Source: Nitrospinales bacterium
GTDB lineage: Bacteria > Nitrospinota > Nitrospinia > Nitrospinales > VA-1
Direction: 5' to 3'
Length of the DNA stretch: 64,000 bases
Assembly (NCBI GenBank): GCA_965223795.1
Contig: CBDCXL010000002.1
Location: 1,472,001 to 1,536,000, forward strand
Positions 62,293 through 64,000 of this stretch are shown one piece after another. The first letter of the stretch is position 1; every line of letters starts with the position of its first letter. Under the pieces are notes generated by a model. The model saw only the letters and a list, made by a program, of their open reading frames with translations. It did no database searches and was not told where the DNA came from. A program made the position numbers and the translations under genes.

Positions 62293-63624
62293 TCAAACCC
62301 AGCTCTTTTTCAAACCCTGCCACAGGATCCACACCTGAATCGAGCAAGCCGTCAATGCCCCTGCCACGACGCCCAACAGGCCAAAGTAATGGGTAAAGGG
62401 ATAAGCGGCAACCGCGCTGAACAACGCCGCCCAAAAACTGGCGGTGAATATCGTCTTCGGTTGCTCGATCGCCCGCAATCCGGAACAAAGCGGCAGCAAC
62501 AGAAATATCAGCACATAATGAACCGCATACCACTGCAATAAAAAACCGTATCCTCGATACTCCGAACCGAATATCAAATGAAGCCAGAATTCAGGTGCGA
62601 TGGCAATGAGCAGGGAAAGGGCCACCGTGGCGCCTCCCCCCAGCAAGGTCACCCGTTTGAGATAATCCCTGAGCGCTTTCTTGCCCTGTACATGAAAAAG
62701 CCGCGCCGCCTGCACAGGGACCATATTCTCCAATCCCATGATCAAAACATGCACCACTCCCATCAAATACTGTCCCGCTCTCAGCGCCCCAACCGCGGTG
62801 GTGCCCAGCAACGCGCCCGCTGACAGGACAAAAATATTGCCCGTCATCCATTCAATCAGGGATGAAGGCAGCAGCCATTTGGAAAAGTTCCAGTGCTGGG
62901 AAATGCTGCCGAGCAGGGTGGGTGCGCTTGTTGCGATTCGATCGATGAAACAGCCTGCATACGCTGACGCGACCACGGAAGAGACCACAATGATCCACAA
63001 AACATGGACACTGTCCATCCTTTCGCGAAAATAACTGTGCATCCAGACAATCAGGACGACCTGCCCGAAATAACGGATGGCGTCGCTCACGAAGGCAATG
63101 TCGGGGGACCCGCGGGTAAAAAAGTAACGCCGGAGAAAATCCTGAAACGCAAAAGCGCTTGCGGCGGTTGCCAACGGAAACGCAAACTCGCGCAACGTAA
63201 GACCGGGAAACAATCCGGCCGCCAACTGGAGTCCCCCGAAAAGCACAATGAAAACAAGGCAGGAAAACAGAACCTGCTGCATGAGAACCGCATTGTAATA
63301 GGACGGCGTATGGGCCGCCGTCTGCTTGGGCCCCAGGCTCATCATGGGCGCAACGATCGTGGCGCGCTGAACGCTGCCCACGAACAGAATCGCGATCAGC
63401 GCCAGGGTGAACCGGCCGAACTCTTCGATTCCCAGGTAACGGGCCAGCAGGATACCGGTGAGGAAATTGGCTCCGCTGACCATGGCCTGGTCCGCCAAAA
63501 CCCAGTTGACCCGGCTGTATCGTTGAATCAGCGCTGTTGCCGCCCGTATCACCCGTTTGTCCCCTGCACTGTTGTACAACGTCTCTTTCAACCGGTTCAG
63601 CGGGAAGACTCCAGCAAAGCGCAA
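62293..63624 (-). CDS. Wzx-type polysaccharide flippase
   Basis: ADQAMVSGANF...LARYLGIEEFG, many TM segments; start uncertain. Confidence 0.8.
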   Translation of the reverse strand: MRFAGVFPLNRLKETLYNSAGDKRVIRAATALIQRYSRVNWVLADQAMVSGANFLTGILLARYLGIEEFGRFTLALIAILFVGSVQRATIVAPMMSLGPKQTAAHTPSYYNAVLMQQVLFSCLVFIVLFGGLQLAAGLFPGLTLREFAFPLATAASAFAFQDFLRRYFFTRGSPDIAFVSDAIRYFGQVVLIVWMHSYFRERMDSVHVLWIIVVSSVVASAYAGCFIDRIATSAPTLLGSISQHWNFSKWLLPSSLIEWMTGNIFVLSAGALLGTTAVGALRAGQYLMGVVHVLIMGLENMVPVQAARLFHVQGKKALRDYLKRVTLLGGGATVALSLLIAIAPEFWLHLIFGSEYRGYGFLLQWYAVHYVLIFLLLPLCSGLRAIEQPKTIFTASFWAALFSAVAAYPFTHYFGLLGVVAGALTACSIQVWILWQGLKKSWV

Positions 63625-63646
63625 TGACAGGCAGACAACTGCAGAA

Positions 63647-64000
63647 TCAGACCTTTGCCTTGATCAGCTCGACGCACAAACGCCATAGGAATTTGTTGTT
63701 CGTCACAAAATAGCGCTTGAACAGCCGCCGCGGTTCCTGCATGAGCCGGTAAAACCACTCCAGTCCATATCGCTGCATCCAGCGTGGCGGCCGCTTCAGG
63801 TTTCCCGCGTGGTAGTCGAACGCGGCGCCCACCGCCATCATCGCCGCATTGATTTTGCCGCGATGCCGGGCCACCCAACGCTCCTGGCGGGGACATCCTC
63901 TTCCAACCAGCACCAGTCCCGCCTTGGACTGGTTGATGCGAAGGATGTCCTGCCGGTCTTCCTCCGCCGTCGCTTCCCGAAAGCGGTCCGCCTGCATGCC
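63647..64000 (-). CDS. WecB/TagA/CpsF-family glycosyltransferase, C-terminal part
   Basis: GCPRQE, VGAAFDYHAG, GLEWFYRLMQEPRRL. Confidence 0.9.
   Translation of the reverse strand, partial: GMQADRFREATAEEDRQDILRINQSKAGLVLVGRGCPRQERWVARHRGKINAAMMAVGAAFDYHAGNLKRPPRWMQRYGLEWFYRLMQEPRRLFKRYFVTNNKFLWRLCVELIKAKV

Noticed and set aside
56587..64000. Island integrated at tmRNA
   Set aside because: No integrase next to ssrA and no duplicated tmRNA 3' end within the window; it cannot be excluded beyond the window edge

Overview
Bacterial chromosomal window with a GC-rich backbone. Gene content suggests a Nitrospina-like organism, but this is inference only. (1) 0.3-24 kb: a minus-strand Wzx/Wzy exopolysaccharide/capsule locus (wzc, wecB, flippase, polymerase, several GT4s, methyltransferases, bi-domain oxidoreductase, heparinase II/III-like protein, priming transferase). 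Four sigma-54-type promoters are visible, and pentapeptide-repeat genes lie near both ends. (2) 24-32.6 kb: secreted collagen-like and beta-helix proteins, then a GH20 hexosaminidase / NagX-like / Na+:solute symporter cluster. (3) 32.8-44.3 kb: an 11.4-kb AT-richer island integrated at the 3' end of tRNA-Thr(CGT), with a 47-bp att repeat, paired arm-type sites, integrase, excisionase, and an intact Rep_trans-like ORF whose catalytic motifs appear substituted. Its cargo is GH15+GT4, a cold-shock protein, a broken rpsU, small ORFs, NhaA and a relic tRNA-Ala-like att site. (4) 44-56 kb: housekeeping genes, a scrambled purD mosaic (possibly an assembly artefact), an ABC transporter and a TPR membrane protein. 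(5) tmRNA followed by a second polysaccharide locus that runs off the window. Several single-base frameshifts sit at homopolymers and may be sequencing errors.
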